DNA from: Eledone cirrhosa
Lineage: Eukaryota
Direction: 5' to 3'
Assembly: GCA_964016885.1 (NCBI GenBank)
Contig: OZ024763.1
Location: 20,398,001-20,462,000, forward strand
Length of the DNA: 64,000 nt
The translations under genes and the position numbers were made by a program. The notes below the pieces were generated by a model. It was not told the origin of the DNA and did no database searches. It saw only the letters and a list, made by a program, of their open reading frames with translations. This document shows positions 1 through 14,067 of the stretch, in pieces (position 1 is the stretch's first letter; every line of letters begins with the position of its first letter).

Positions 1-420
1 TTAAGGACAACAATTTGTACCCTGCTCGCAGTTTGTGATGGTGTGTAGAGGGTGGCAGGTTGTTCTGGTTTAGTTTCCCAGAGTTGTAGCAGTTTTTACA
101 TTGCCAGTTATTGTGGGTAGATCACACTCAGACCAGCTGGTATCTCTCTTCCACGTTTCACCAGCCTTGACAAACCTCCAGATCTGCCCATCATCACGCA
201 GACTAAAACTTTCATCTTGTGCTGAGTTCCGATTCAAGGAAGCTGCAGCACGTAGCTTTGGACGTACATGGGGTGGTAGGCCTGGGCGTGTTCGGAAGGT
301 AATCCGATTTTCACGCCCAGCTTTAGCAGAGGCCAGATGATATGAGGTTGCCTCTGCGGGGTCCGTTTTCTTATTCTATTTTATTTATTTATTGCCATCA
401 CAATTTCAATAATGTTTCAG

Positions 421-631
421 CTCAAAGAAGTTTTACGACACATTTAAGTAAACATGTTCAAACCACACATTCTCCTGGGAAAACAGATAAAAGCTCTCTG
501 TGTATCGACAAAGAGAATGGTTTGTACATTGGAGGATGTACTTGGTTCTACCGATGTAAAGATGGCGAGACTGTGAATATACCCTGTCCTCATGACCTCA
601 TTGTGAATAAGCTACAAATGTATTGTGATTA
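421..631 (+). CDS. chitin-binding protein exon (third from last)
   Basis: Acceptor tttcag| at 420; donor |gtaagt at 632; encodes the first Cys-rich domain. Confidence 0.8.
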
Positions 632-1252
632 GTAAGTAATTGTTTTTTTTTTATTTTGGAGGCACATGGCTTAGTGGTTAGAGCATTGGCCTTGCAATCG
701 AAAGGTTGTGAGTTCAATTCTCAGACCGGGTGATGTGTTGTTTCCTTGAGCAAGACACTTTATTTCACATTGCTCCAGTTTACTCAGCTCTAGGGGTCCC
801 TATCATTCCACTGCAAAGTGGTCGTGGAGGTGCCACGACAAAAAAGCACCCAGCCTACACTGTAAAGTGGACGTGGAGGCGCCACGGAAAAAAAGCACCC
901 ACCAGTCACTGTAAATGAGGTTGGTGTTAGGAAGGGCATCCAGCTGTAGAAATCAAGCCAGAATCAGTTCCCGTCCCACCCTTGCAAGCAGGGAACAGCG
1001 GACGTAAAAATGATGATGATGATGATATATATACACACACAAACACACACATAATATATACATAATATATATAATTGTTTCTACTTTTGGCACAAGGCCA
1101 GCAATTATCCCAGTACATTACTGGTACTTTATTTTATTGACCCCATAAGGATGAAAGGCAAAGTGAACCTTAGCGGGATTTGAACTCAGTTCATAAAGGG
1201 GCATAACTCTATGCTGCAAAGTATGCAGTTACGGCCCTATATAATACACACA

Positions 1253-1292
<40 letters not shown>

Positions 1293-3039
1293 TAAGTATG
1301 TATACGTACATACATATATGTATACAGACGTACAGTAATATGTATATATATATATATACATACATGCACACATATATATATGTACGTATGGATTCACCGA
1401 ACATTTATTATAATGCTCGGTGTGTTTGTAAACAAACATCCCGTATTAAGCCGTAGTGTCTAGCAACCATCGTTGCTCGTTTGTTCAACACTGACAAAGG
1501 TGATAGCGTGACTAAGGTGCTGGAATAACCAAGTACCCTCACCAGGAGCACAACTTGATACCTCGAGAAGGCGAGGTGATAGCGTGACTAAGGTGCTGGA
1601 TTAACCAAGTACCCTCACCAGGAACACGACTTGTAACCTCGGTTAAGTGAGCTGTCAACAATGACAAGAACGTCATCGTCAGCAACTCAGCTCCCATAAA
1701 CAAAACTCCAAGCTTGCCAACTTGTGTGTTCCTTACTTCAGATACCGTTCATCACCCAAAACACTTAATACTCAGAAAAATTGTTCGTGAATCCATTCGT
1801 TTGTGAACCAATTTGTTTGAGATGAGAGCCATTCGTGAATCAATTCGTTTGTCAACTAATTTGTTTGTGACAAGAGGCGTTCATGAACCGAGGTCCCACT
1901 GTATTTATCTGATAAACTAGGTTCATGGAATATTTCCCACATTATATATTTTTTCTTCTTTCCAGCCATGACAAAGTCGACCCTCCCTGTGGTACAGCTC
2001 CGAACTGCACTAGCTTATGGGATGGTAACTACCCTGACTACAAACGCAGCTGCAAATTTTACTACTCATGCTCACGAGACAAGTTCCACGGTTATGTGAA
2101 ATGCCCTGCTTGTAAGTTTAAACCCCTTTGATACTAAACTGGCCCTCATTCTATGATACATAATTGTTTATTTTAAAGTGTTTAAGTTTATCTAGAAACC
2201 TTCTATCATAGTTTTATGTAAGAACCTTTGTTAAGTTATGTTCCAAACTGCCTAGAAACTGTATCGGGTTCTATGCAACAAAACTGTTTGTTTTAAAGTG
2301 TTTATATTTATCTACAAACCTACCATCATAGTTTTATGTAAGAACCTTTGCTAAGTTATGTTCCTAACATTAGCATTACAATACAAAACTGTTTATTCTA
2401 AAGTATTTATACTTATCAAGAAACCTTCAATCATAGTTTTATGTAAGAACCTTTGTTAAGTTATGTTCCTAACACTAGCACAACAATACAAAACTGTTTC
2501 TTTTAACCCTTTAGCATTCACATTACTCTATATATACTATTATATTTTCAAGGTAAAGGCTTTACCTCGTATAATTATCTCACATAATATCGAATCTATG
2601 AGATTTTGAAAGTATTTATTTTGAGAACAATACCTTAACATCAGTTTGAGCGACCAGTTACAGCCAGTTTCAACAGAAAGAGGTAGAGAATTCTGGCCGG
2701 TTTTGGCCGGTTTGAACATTAAAGGGTTAAAGTGTTTATAACCATCAAGAAATCTTTCATCATAGTTTTATGTAAGAACCTTTGTTAAATTATGTTCCTT
2801 ACATTGGCACTATGATAGAAAACTGTTTATTCTAGAGTGTTCTTTCATTAGAAATATGGTAATGAAAGGGTTAACACTGTGATAAATATTTCATACAGAA
2901 CATTCTTCCATTTTCTCTTTTTATCTAAAAAAAAAATTTTTTTTTTTTATCTGCAGCTTTATTCTTTGATCCAGAGAAAGAAGCTTGTGATTGGCCGAAG
3001 TTGATTGCACCACCATGTGGTACAAAAGGAGTTAACTGA
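421..3039 (+). CDS. 3' part (last 3 coding exons) of a chitin-binding domain (CBM14/peritrophin-A-like) protein; join 421..631,1966..2111,2957..3039
   Basis: The AG/GT junctions join in frame (TA|C, T|CT), giving ...[121 protein letters not shown]. This has two 6-Cys chitin-binding-type repeats (C..FY.C, CP..L.F, CD(Y/W), PPCG). The 5' exons are outside the window. Confidence 0.85.
658..1025 (+). mobile_element. tRNA-derived SINE (family 1)
   Basis: tRNA-like head (tggcttagtggttagagc...gagttcaattctc, A/B boxes) and (GAT)n tail; close copies at about 52985-53325, 25510-25835 (-), 57415-57765 (-) and 63450-63790 (-). Confidence 0.8.
1760..1903. mobile_element. Tigger/pogo-like DNA transposon terminal fragment
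   Basis: Ends gttcatgaaccgaggtcccactg followed by TA, resembling a Tigger-type TIR with TA target site. Confidence 0.5.
1966..2111 (+). CDS. chitin-binding protein penultimate exon
   Basis: Acceptor ttctttccag|; donor |gtaagt; encodes [14 protein letters not shown]...CPA. Confidence 0.85.
2503..2730. mobile_element. TTAA-flanked MITE (piggyBac-type ends), representative copy
   Basis: TTAA-CCCTTTAGCATT ... ATTAAAGGG-TTAA; related copies at about 13391-13613, 16393-16835, 18470-18850, 23926-24134, 26606-26833 and 62052-62420. Confidence 0.7.
2957..3039 (+). CDS. chitin-binding protein terminal exon
   Basis: Poly-T tract then ctgcag|; encodes [26 protein letters not shown] with stop TGA; AATAAA at 3235-3240. 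Confidence 0.85.
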
Positions 3040-3619
3040 TATACAACTTAGTTAAACAAGGGTGATTGGCTATGATTATTCCAGTGTTCAGTGCCTTAGC
3101 CTCGCTATCACCAGTGGACAATACTGCAAGAGTGTTGGCTTGCCTGAAAAACCAAGTTAGAAGGAAACTCCTGCACCTGTTGTTATGGTGCCTGACTTAA
3201 TTACCTCCCTTGAAAATGTGTCTCTTCGTGAAACAATAAAGTTACTAAATAAATTTAATTTATTTTATTTTTTATTTTATCTTTAATCTAGACACCCCCC
3301 AAAAAAACCCAACAAAATCTTCATTAAAATTGCTCTAAATTTGCTACATATAGTTATGTCCATTTACGATCTGAGTTCAAATCCTGCAGAGGTTAGCTTT
3401 GCTTTTCATCCTTATGGGGATTGATAAAATAAAGTACCAGAAATAAAACTGGGGTCGATATAATTGGCTTTCCACACCTCCAGCCCCCACCAAATTACTG
3501 GCCTTGTGTCTTAAAGTAGAAATTATTAATATTTGTGACGCCGATGAATTTGTTTTGCAAGGTTTTTGATATGAAATCATGTGTTGAAACAGATATTGTT
3601 ATATATGGGCAGGGTCGTG

Positions 3620-4035
3620 TTGTTATACTGTACGGGTCTGAGACTTGGACACTGACCAAGAAACTCAGTCAGATGGTGGATGGGTGCTATACGAGAATGC
3701 TGAGGATGGCTCTGAACATTAATCAGTATACACTGAGGATGAAGAACTCAGAGCTGTACGGGAGACTCCCAAAAGTCAGCTCGAAAGTAACACAGAGGAG
3801 GCTCAGGTTAGCTGGAGATGCTCATTGACATTCATAGTTGACACAGCACTCAGTGCTCCTGTGGGAGCCCCTGCACAGACACACTAGAAGAGAGAGACTG
3901 AGGATGACATATATTGATGCCCTAAGAACAGACACAGATCTCTTGGAGACGCAAGACATGACGGCGATGATGAGGGACAGAAACCGCTGGAAAGAACTCA
4001 TCCATGGATCTCGGGAATTTTACCTGCCCTAGATA
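3620..4035 (+). mobile_element. RTE-clade LINE 3' fragment (degenerate)
   Basis: ILYGSETWTLTKKL..DGCYTRMLR...RRLRLAG and LLWEP..R.R.RMTYID motifs, with stops and frameshifts. Confidence 0.8.
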
Positions 4036-4274
4036 GATGGATAGATATTGCCAGAAAAATATAGTAAAACACTCACAATGAGTGTTTTACTATATATTCT
4101 GGCAATGACCTTCCACAAATATAACAACAATAATATTGTATTTAGTCTTATTTTTTATTATGTGGTGTCTTTGCAGTACCAAACACAGCTTCGTGGACCT
4201 TGGGTGGAATCAGCTATAAGCGAGAAAAGAAAACCTTGTCTTCTTTCAATGTAACGATTTCAATGACAGTCAAA

Positions 4275-4376
4275 TTATGGAGAAAGTATTTCACAAGACT
4301 TCAAAAATTTGAGAATAACTTCGGCATATTCTTTGTTTTCACAAGCTTCATAGGCCTTATTAGAGAATTTCTTTGC
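4275..4376 (-). CDS. ZMYND12: ZMYND12-A exon 8 (terminal)
   Basis: ggttacag| [36 protein letters not shown]; AATAAA on the minus strand at 4154-4159. Confidence 0.82.
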   Translation of the reverse strand, partial: AKKFSNKAYEACENKEYAEVILKFLKSCEILSP

Positions 4377-7300
4377 CTGTAACCAGAAAATAGATTTTAA
4401 AATCTTACTAATGCAACTTTCATCCTTCCTCAACATGTGACCTAGCCATCCCATTCTGTTTCCCTTCACAACATACATCACTAACTAAATTCCTCTCACC
4501 CAGTCACTTTCATCCTTCCTCAACATGTGACTTAGCCATCCCATTCTGTTTCCCTTCACAACATACATCACTAGCTAAATTCCTCTCACCCAGACACTTT
4601 CATCCTTCCTCAACATGTGACCTAGCCATCCCATTCTGTTTCCCTTCACAACATACATCACTAGCTAAATTCCTCTCACCCAGACACTTTCATCCTTCCT
4701 CAACATGTGACCTAGCCATCCCATTCTGTTTCCCTTCACAACATACATCACTGGCTAAATTCCTCTCACCCAGTCACTTTCATCCTTCCTCAACATGTGA
4801 CCTAGCCATCCCATTCTGTTTCCCTTCACAACATACATCACTAGCTAAATTCCTCTCACCCAGACACTTTCATCCTTCCTCAACATGTGACCTAGCCATC
4901 CCATTCTGTTTCCCTTCACAACATACATCACTAGCTAAATTCCTCTCACCCAGACACTTTCATCCTTCCTCAACATGTGACCTAGCCATCCCATTCTGTT
5001 TCCCTTCACAACATACATCACTAGCTAAATTCCTCTCACCCAGACACTTTCATCCTTCCTCAACATGTGACCTAGCCATCCCATTCTGTTTCCCTTCACA
5101 ACATACATCACTAGCTAAATTCCTCTCACCCAGACACTTTCATCCTTCCTCAACATGTGACCTAGCCATCCCATTCTGTTTCCCTTCACAACATACATCA
5201 CTAGCTAAATTCCTCTCACCCAGACACTTTCATCCTTCCTCAACATGTGACCTAGCCATCCCATTCTGTTTCCCTTCACAACATACATCACTAGCTAAAT
5301 TCCTCTCACCCAGACACTTTCATCCTTCCTCAACATGTGACCTAGCCATCCCATTCTGTTTCCCTTCACAACATACATCACTAGCTAAATTCCTCTCACC
5401 CAGACACTTTCATCCTTCCTCAACATGTGACCTAGCCATCCCATTCTGTTTCCCTTCACAACATACATCACTGGCTCTATTCCTCTCTCCCAGTCACTTT
5501 CATCCTTCCTCAACATGTGACCTAGCCATCCCATTCTGTTTCCCTTCACAACATACATCACTGGCTCTATTCCTCTCACCCAGACACTTTCATCCTTCCT
5601 CAACATGTGACCTAGCCATCCCATTCTGTTTCCCTTCACAACATACATCACTGGCTCTATTCCTCTCACCCAGACACTTTCATCCTTCCTCAACATGTGA
5701 CCTAGCCATCCCATTCTGTTTCCCTTCACAACATACATCACTAACTAAATTCCTCTCACCCAGACACTTTCATCCTTCCTCAACATGTGACCTAGCCATC
5801 CCATTCTGTTTCCCTTCACAACATATATCACTAACTAAATTCCTCTCACCCAGACACTTTCATCCTTCCTCAACATGTGACCTAGCCATCCCATTCTGTT
5901 TCCCTTCACAACATACATCACTAACTAAATTCCTCTCACCCAGTCACTTTCATCCTTCCTCAACATGTGACCTAGCCATCCCATTCTATTTCCCTTCACA
6001 ACATACATCACTAACTAAATTCCTCTCACCCAGACACTTTCATCCTTCCTCAACATGTGACCTAGCCATCCCATTCTGTTTCCCTTCACAACATACATCA
6101 CTAGCTAAATTCCTCTCACCCAGTCACTTTCATCCTTCCTCAACATGTGACCTAGCCATCCCATTCTGTTTCCCTTCACAACATACATCACTAACTAAAT
6201 TCCTCTCACCCAGACACTTTCATCCTTCCTCAACATGTGACCTAGCCATCCCATTCTGTTTCCCTTCACAACATACATCACTGGCTCTATTCCTCTCTCC
6301 CAGACACTTTCATCCTTCCTCAACATGTGACCTAGCCATCCCATTCTGTTTCCCTTCACAACATACATCACTGGCTCTATTCCTCTCACCCAGACACTTT
6401 CATCCTTCCTCAACATGTGACCTAGCCATCCCATTCTGTTTCCCTTCACAACATACATCACTGGCTCTATTCCTCTCACCCAGACACTTTCATCCTTCCT
6501 CAACATGTGACCTAGCCATCCCATTCTGTTTCCCTTCACAACATACATCACTAACTAAATTCCTCTCACCCAGACACTTTCATCCTTCCTCAACATGTGA
6601 CCTAGCCATCCCATTCTGTTTCCCTTCACAACATACATCACTAACTAAATTCCTCTCACCCAGTCACTTTCATCCTTCCTCAACATGTGACCTAGCCATC
6701 CCATTCTGTTTCCCTTCACAACATACATCACTAACTAAATTCCTCTCACCCAGTCACTTTCATCCTTCCTCAACATGTGACCTAGCCATCCCATTCTGTT
6801 TCCCTTCACAACATACATCACTAACTAAATTCCTCTCACCCAGACACTTTCATCCTTCCTCAACATGTGACCTAGCCATCCCATTCTGTTTCCCTTCACA
6901 ACATACATCACTGGCTCTATTCCTCTCACCCAGACACTTTCATCCTTCCTCAACATGTGACCTAGCCATCCCATTCTGTTTCCCTTCACAACATACATCA
7001 CTAACTAAATTCCTCTCACCCAGACACTTTCATCCTTCCTCAACATGTGACCTAGCCATCCCATTCTGTTTCCCTTCACAACATACATCACTGGCTCTAT
7101 TCCTCTCACCCAGACATTTTCATCCTTCCTCAACATGTGACCTAGCCATCCCATTCTGTTTCCCTTCACAACATACATCACTAACTAAATTCCTCTCACC
7201 CAGACACTTTCATCCTTCCTCAACATGTGACCTAGCCATCCCATTCTGTTTCCCTTCACAACATACATCACTGGCTCTATTCCTCTCACCCAGACACTTT

Positions 7301-10300
7301 CATCCTTCCTCAACATGTGACCTAGCCATCCCATTCTGTTTCTCTTCACAACATACATCACTGGCTCTATTCCTCTCACCCAGTCACTTTCATCCTTCCT
7401 CAACATGTGAGCTAGCCATCCCATTCTGTTTCCCTTCACAACATACATCACTAACTAAATTCCTCTCACCCAGACACTTTCATCCTTCCTCAACATGTGA
7501 CCTAGCCATCCCATTCTGTTTCCCTTCACAACATACATCACTGGCTCTATTCCTCTCACCCAGACACTTTCATCCTTCCTCAACATGTGACCTAGCCATC
7601 CCATTCTGTTTCCCTTCACAACATACATCACTAACTAAATTCCTCTCACCCAGTCACTTTCATCCTTCCTCAACATGTGACCTAGCCATCCCATTCTGTT
7701 TCCCTTCACAACATACATCACTAACTAAATTCCTCTCACCCAGACACTTTCATCCTTCCTCAACATGTGACCTAGCCATCCCATTCTGTTTCCCTTCACA
7801 ACATACATCACTAGCTAAATTCCTCTCACCCAGTCACTTTCATCCTTCCTCAACATGTGACCTAGCCATCCCATTCTGTTTCCCTTCACAACATACATCA
7901 CTAACTAAATTCCTCTCACCCAGACACTTTCATCCTTCCTCAACATGTGACCTAGCCATCCCATTCTGTTTCCCTTCACAACATACATCACTGGCTCTAT
8001 TCCTCTCTCCCAGACACTTTCATCCTTCCTCAACATGTGACCTAGCCATCCCATTCTGTTTCCCTTCACAACATACATCACTGGCTCTATTCCTCTCACC
8101 CAGACACTTTCATCCTTCCTCAACATGTGACCTAGCCATCCCATTCTGTTTCCCTTCACAACATACATCACTGGCTAAATTCCTCTCACCCAGACACTTT
8201 CATCCTTCCTCAACATGTGACCTAGCCATCCCATTCTGTTTCCCTTCACAACATACATCACTAGCTAAATTCCTCTCACCCAGACACTTTCATCCTTCCT
8301 CAACATGTGACCTAGCCATCCCATTCTGTTTCCCTTCACAACATACATCACTAACTAAATTCCTCTCACCCAGACACTTTCATCCTTCCTCAACATGTGA
8401 CATAGCCATCCCATTCTGTTTCCCTTCACAACATACATCACTAGCTGAATTCCTCTCACCCAGACACTTTCATCCTTCCTCAACATGTGACCTAGCCATC
8501 CCATTCTGTTTCCCTTCACAACATACATCACTAACTAAATTCCTCTCACCCAGACACTTTCATCCTTCCTCAACATGTGACCTAGCCATCCCATTCTGTT
8601 TCCCTTCACAACATACATCACTAACTAAATTCCTCTCACCCAGTCACTTTCATCCTTCCTCAACATGTGACCTAGCCATCCCATTCTGTTTCCCTTCACA
8701 ACATACATCACTAGCTAAATTCCTCTCACCCAGACACTTTCATCCTTCCTCAACATGTGACCTAGCCATCCCATTCTGTTTCCCTTCACAACATACATCA
8801 CTAGCTAAATTCCTCTCACCCAGACACTTTCATCCTTCCTCAACATGTGACCTAGCCATCCCATTCTGTTTCCCTTCACAACATACATCACTAACTAAAT
8901 TCCTCTCACCCAGACACTTTCATCCTTCCTCAACATGTGACCTAGCCATCCCATTCTGTTTCCCTTCACAACATACATCACTAACTAAATTCCTCTCACC
9001 CAGACACTTTCATCCTTCCTCAACATGTGACCTAGCCATCCCATTCTGTTTCCCTTCACAACATACATCACTAGCTAAATTCCTCTCACCCAGACACTTT
9101 CATCCTTCCTCAACATGTGACCTAGCCATCCCATTCTGTTTCCCTTCACAACATACATCACTAGCTAAATTCCTCTCACCCAGACACTTTCATCCTTCCT
9201 CAACATGTGACCTAGCCATCCCATTCTGTTTCCCTTCACAACATACATCACTGGCTCTATTCCTCTCTCCCAGACACTTTCATCCTTCCTCAACATGTGA
9301 CCTAGCCATCCCATTCTGTTTCCCTTCACAACATACATCACTAACTAAATTCCTCTCACCCAGACACTTTCATCCTTCCTCAACATGTGACCTAGCCATC
9401 CCATTCTGTTTCCCTTCACAACATACATCACTAACTAAATTCCTCTCACCCAGACACTTTCATCCTTCCTCAACATGTGACCTAGCCATCCCATTCTGTT
9501 TCTCTTCACAACATACATCACTGGCTCTATTCCTCTCACCCAGACACTTTCATCCTTCCTCAACATGTGACCGAGCCATCCCATTCTGTTTCCCTTCACA
9601 ACATACATCACTGGCTCTATTCCTCTCACCCAGTCACTTTCATCCTTCCTCAACATGTGACCTAGCCATCCCATTCTGTTTCCCTTCACAACATACATCA
9701 CTGGCTAAATTCCTCTCACCCAGACACTTTCATCCTTCCTCAACATGTGACCTAGCCATCCCATTCTGTTTCTCTTCACAACATACATCACTAGCTAAAT
9801 TCCTCTCACCCAGACACTTTCATCCTTCCTCAACATGTGACCTAGCCATCCCATTCTGTTTCCCTTCACAACATACATCACTAACTAAATTCCTCTCACC
9901 CAGACACTTTCATCCTTCCTCAACATGTGACCTAGCCATCCCATTCTGTTTCCCTTCACAACATACATCACTAGCTAAATTCCTCTCACCCAGACACTTT
10001 CATCCTTCCTCAACATGTGACCTAGCCATCCCATTCTGTTTCCCTTCACAACATACATCACTAGCTAAATTCCTCTCACCCAGACACTTTCATCCTTCCT
10101 CAACATGTGACCTAGCCATCCCATTCTGTTTCCCTTCACAACATACATCACTAACTAAATTCCTCTCACCCAGACACTTTCATCCTTCCTCAACATGTGA
10201 CCTAGCCATCCCATTCTGTTTCCCTTCACAACATACATCACTAGCTAAATTCCTCTCACCCAGACACTTTCATCCTTCCTCAACATGTGACCTAGCCATC

Positions 10301-13300
10301 CCATTCTGTTTCCCTTCACAACATACATCACTAACTAAATTCCTCTCACCCAGACACTTTCATCCTTCCTCAACATGTGACCTAGCCATCCCATTCTGTT
10401 TCCCTTCACAACATACATCACTAACTAAATTCCTCTCACCCAGACACTTTCATCCTTCCTCAACATGTGACCTAGCCATCCCATTCTGTTTCCCTTCACA
10501 ACATACATCACTAGCTAAATTCCTCTTACCCAGACACTTTCATCCTTCCTCAACATGTGACCTAGCCATCCCATTCTGTTTCCCTTCACAACATACATCA
10601 CTAGCTAAATTCCTCTCACCCAGACACTTTCATCCTTCCTCAACATGTGACCTAGCCATCCCATTCTGTTTCCCTTCACAACATACATCACTAACTAAAT
10701 TCCTCTCACCCAGACACTTTCATCCTTCCTCAACATGTGACCTAGCCATCCCATTCTGTTTCCCTTCACAACATACATCACTAGCTAAATTCCTCTCACC
10801 CAGACACTTTCATCCTTCCTCAACATGTGACCTAGCCATCCCATTCTGTTTCCCTTCACAACATACATCACTGGCTCTATTCCTCTCACCCAGACACTTT
10901 CATCCTTCCTCAACATGTGACCTAGCCATCCCATTCTGTTTCCCTTCACAACATACATCACTGGCTAAATTCCTCTCACCCAGTCACTTTCATCCTTCCT
11001 CAACATGTGACCTAGCCATCCCATTCTGTTTCCCTTCACAACATACATCACTAGCTAAATTCCTCTCACCCAGACACTTTCATCCTTCCTCAACATGTGA
11101 CCTAGCCATCCCATTCTGTTTCCCTTCACAACATACATCACTAGCTAAATTCCTCTCACCCAGACACTTTCATCCTTCCTCAACATGTGACCTAGCCATC
11201 CCATTCTGTTTCCCTTCACAACATACATCACTAGCTAAATTCCTCTCACCCAGACACTTTCATCCTTCCTCAACATGTGACCTAGCCATCCCATTCTGTT
11301 TCCCTTCACAACATACATCACTAGCTAAATTCCTCTCACCCAGACACTTTCATCCTTCCTCAACATGTGACCTAGCCATCCCATTCTGTTTCCCTTCACA
11401 ACATACATCACTGGCTCTATTCCTCTCACCCAGACACTTTCATCCTTCCTCAACATGTGACCTAGCCATCCCATTCTGTTTCCCTTCACAACATACATCA
11501 CTGGCTCTATTCCTCTCTCCCAGTCACTTTCATCCTTCCTCAACATGTGACCTAGCCATCCCATTCTGTTTCCCTTCACAACATACATCACTGTCTCTAT
11601 TCCTCTCACCCAGACACTTTCATCCTTCCTCAACATGTGACCTAGCCATCCCATTCTGTTTCCCTTCACAACATACATCACTGGCTCTATTCCTCTCTCC
11701 CAGTCACTTTCATCCTTCCTCAACATGTGACCTAGCCATCCCATTCTGTTTCCCTTCACAACATACATCACTGTCTCTATTCCTCTCACCCAGACACTTT
11801 CATCCTTCCTCAACATGTGACCTAGCCATCCCATTCTGTTTCCCTTCACAACATACATCACTAACTAAATTCCTCTCACCCAGACACTTTCATCCTTCCT
11901 CAACATGTGACCTAGCCATCCCATTCTGTTTCCCTTCACAACATACATCACTAACTAAATTCCTCTCACCCAGACACTTTCATCCTTCCTCAACATGTGA
12001 CCTAGCTATCCCATTCTGTTTCCCTTCACAACATACATCACTAACTAAATTCCTCTCACCCAGACACTTTCATCCTTCCTCAACATGTGACCTAGCCATC
12101 CCATTCTGTTTCCCTTCACAACATACATCACTGTCTCTATTCCTCTCACCCAGACACTTTCATCCTTCCTCAACATGTGACCTAGCCATCCCATTCTGTT
12201 TCCCTTCACAACATACATCACTAGCTAAATTCCTCTCACCCAGACACTTTCATCCTTCCTCAACATGTGACCTAGCCATCCCATTCTGTTTCCCTTCACA
12301 ACATACATCACTGTCTCTATTCCTCTCACCCAGTCACTTTCATCCTTCCTCAACATGTGACCTAGCCATCCCATTCTGTTTCCCTTCACAACATACATCA
12401 CTAACTAAATTCCTCTCACCCAGACACTTTCATCCTTCCTCAACATGTGACCTAGCCATCCCATTCTGTTTCCCTTCACAACATACATCACTGGCTCTAT
12501 TCCTCTCTCCCAGTCACTTTCATCCTTCCTCAACATGTGACCTAGCCATCCCATTCTGTTTCCCTTCACAACATACATCACTGGCTAAATTCCTCTCACC
12601 CAGACACTTTCATCCTTCCTCAACATGTGACCTAGCCATCCCATTCTGTTTCCCTTCACAACATACATCACTGGCTCTATTCCTCTCTCCCAGTCACTTT
12701 CATCCTTCCTCAACATGTGACCTAGCCATCCCATTCTGTTTCCCTTCACAACATACATCACTGGCTCTATTCCTCTCACCCAGTCACTTTCATCCTTCCT
12801 CAACATGTGACCTAGCCATCCCATTCTGTTTCCCTTCACCACATACATCACTGGCTCTATTCCTCTCACCCAGACACTTTCATCCTTCCTCAACATGTGA
12901 CCTAGCCATCCCATTCTGTTTCTCTTCACAACATACATCACTGGCTCTATTCCTCTCACCCAGTCACTTTCATCCTTCCTCAACACATGACCCAATTGAA
13001 ATGTACAGAACAACACTATGACTGCATCACATTAGAAATTAAAGATTTTACTCTATCTAATAAATTTAACCTTTTACCATTTACATTAATCTATATATAC
13101 TATTGTGTTTTCGTGGAAAATGCTTTATCTTACATAATTATCTCACATAATATGGAATCTAAAGGGCGGTGGATTGGCAGTATTGGTAGAGGGACGGACG
13201 CCATGCTTTGCAGCATAGAGTTACGGCCCTTTATGATCTGAGTTCAAGTCCGACCGAGGTTAACTTTGCCTTTCATCCTTACGGGGTCGATAAAATAATG

Positions 13301-14035
13301 TACCAGTAATGCACTGGGATAATTACAAAAGTAGAAACAATAATATGGAATCTATGACATTTTGATGTTATTTATTTTGAGAACAATACCTTAACCCTTT
13401 AGCATTCACATTACTCTATATATACTATTGTATTTTCATGGTAAAGGCTTACATAATTATCTCACATAATATCGAATCTATGAGATTTTGAAAGTATTTA
13501 TTTTGAGAACAATACCTTAATATCAGTATGAGTGGCCAGTTACAGCCAGTTTCAACAGAAAGAGATGACAGAATTCTGGCCAGATACAACTGGTTGAAAT
13601 GCTAAAGAGTTAAAGAATTAAAGATAGTAAGTTTGGCTTTTGCACCTACTTGATTACCAAATACTGATTACCAAATACTGATTACCAAATACTGATTACC
13701 AAATACTGAAACAGGGAAAAAACAACAACTTTTATAATCACATCCTACCTGGTCATATTGTTCAAAGATGAAGTAAAGCATAGCCAAAGCTAGGCTCGTC
13801 TTAGCTAAATCTTTTAAGCATTTCTTGTGACTGGATTCCCATATATCAAAAATTGTGCTCAAAACCTGGATACCTTCAGCTTCATATGAGGCATCTGGGA
13901 TAAATATTAAAAAAAAAAATTTTTTTTAAAGTAAAAATATAGCAAAGAATAATCCTTGGGTGGGGTTTTCTTTTTTTTTCTCTTTCTAAATTTCTAAGGT
14001 GAGATAACATCATCATCATTATCAGCACCACCACT

Positions 14036-14067
<32 letters not shown>

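Noticed and set aside
1-360. Possible coding or LINE ORF1 fragment
   Set aside because: An open stretch exists on the minus strand, but I could not confidently assign any motif.
658-730. tRNA gene
   Set aside because: It is the tRNA-like head of a multi-copy SINE that continues into a SINE body and tail.
4416-12992. CRISPR-like array, or a repetitive protein gene ([15 protein letters not shown] ORFs)
   Set aside because: No unique spacers and no cas genes; eukaryotic intron; most units carry stops; the ORFs are RTE-derived repeat artefacts.
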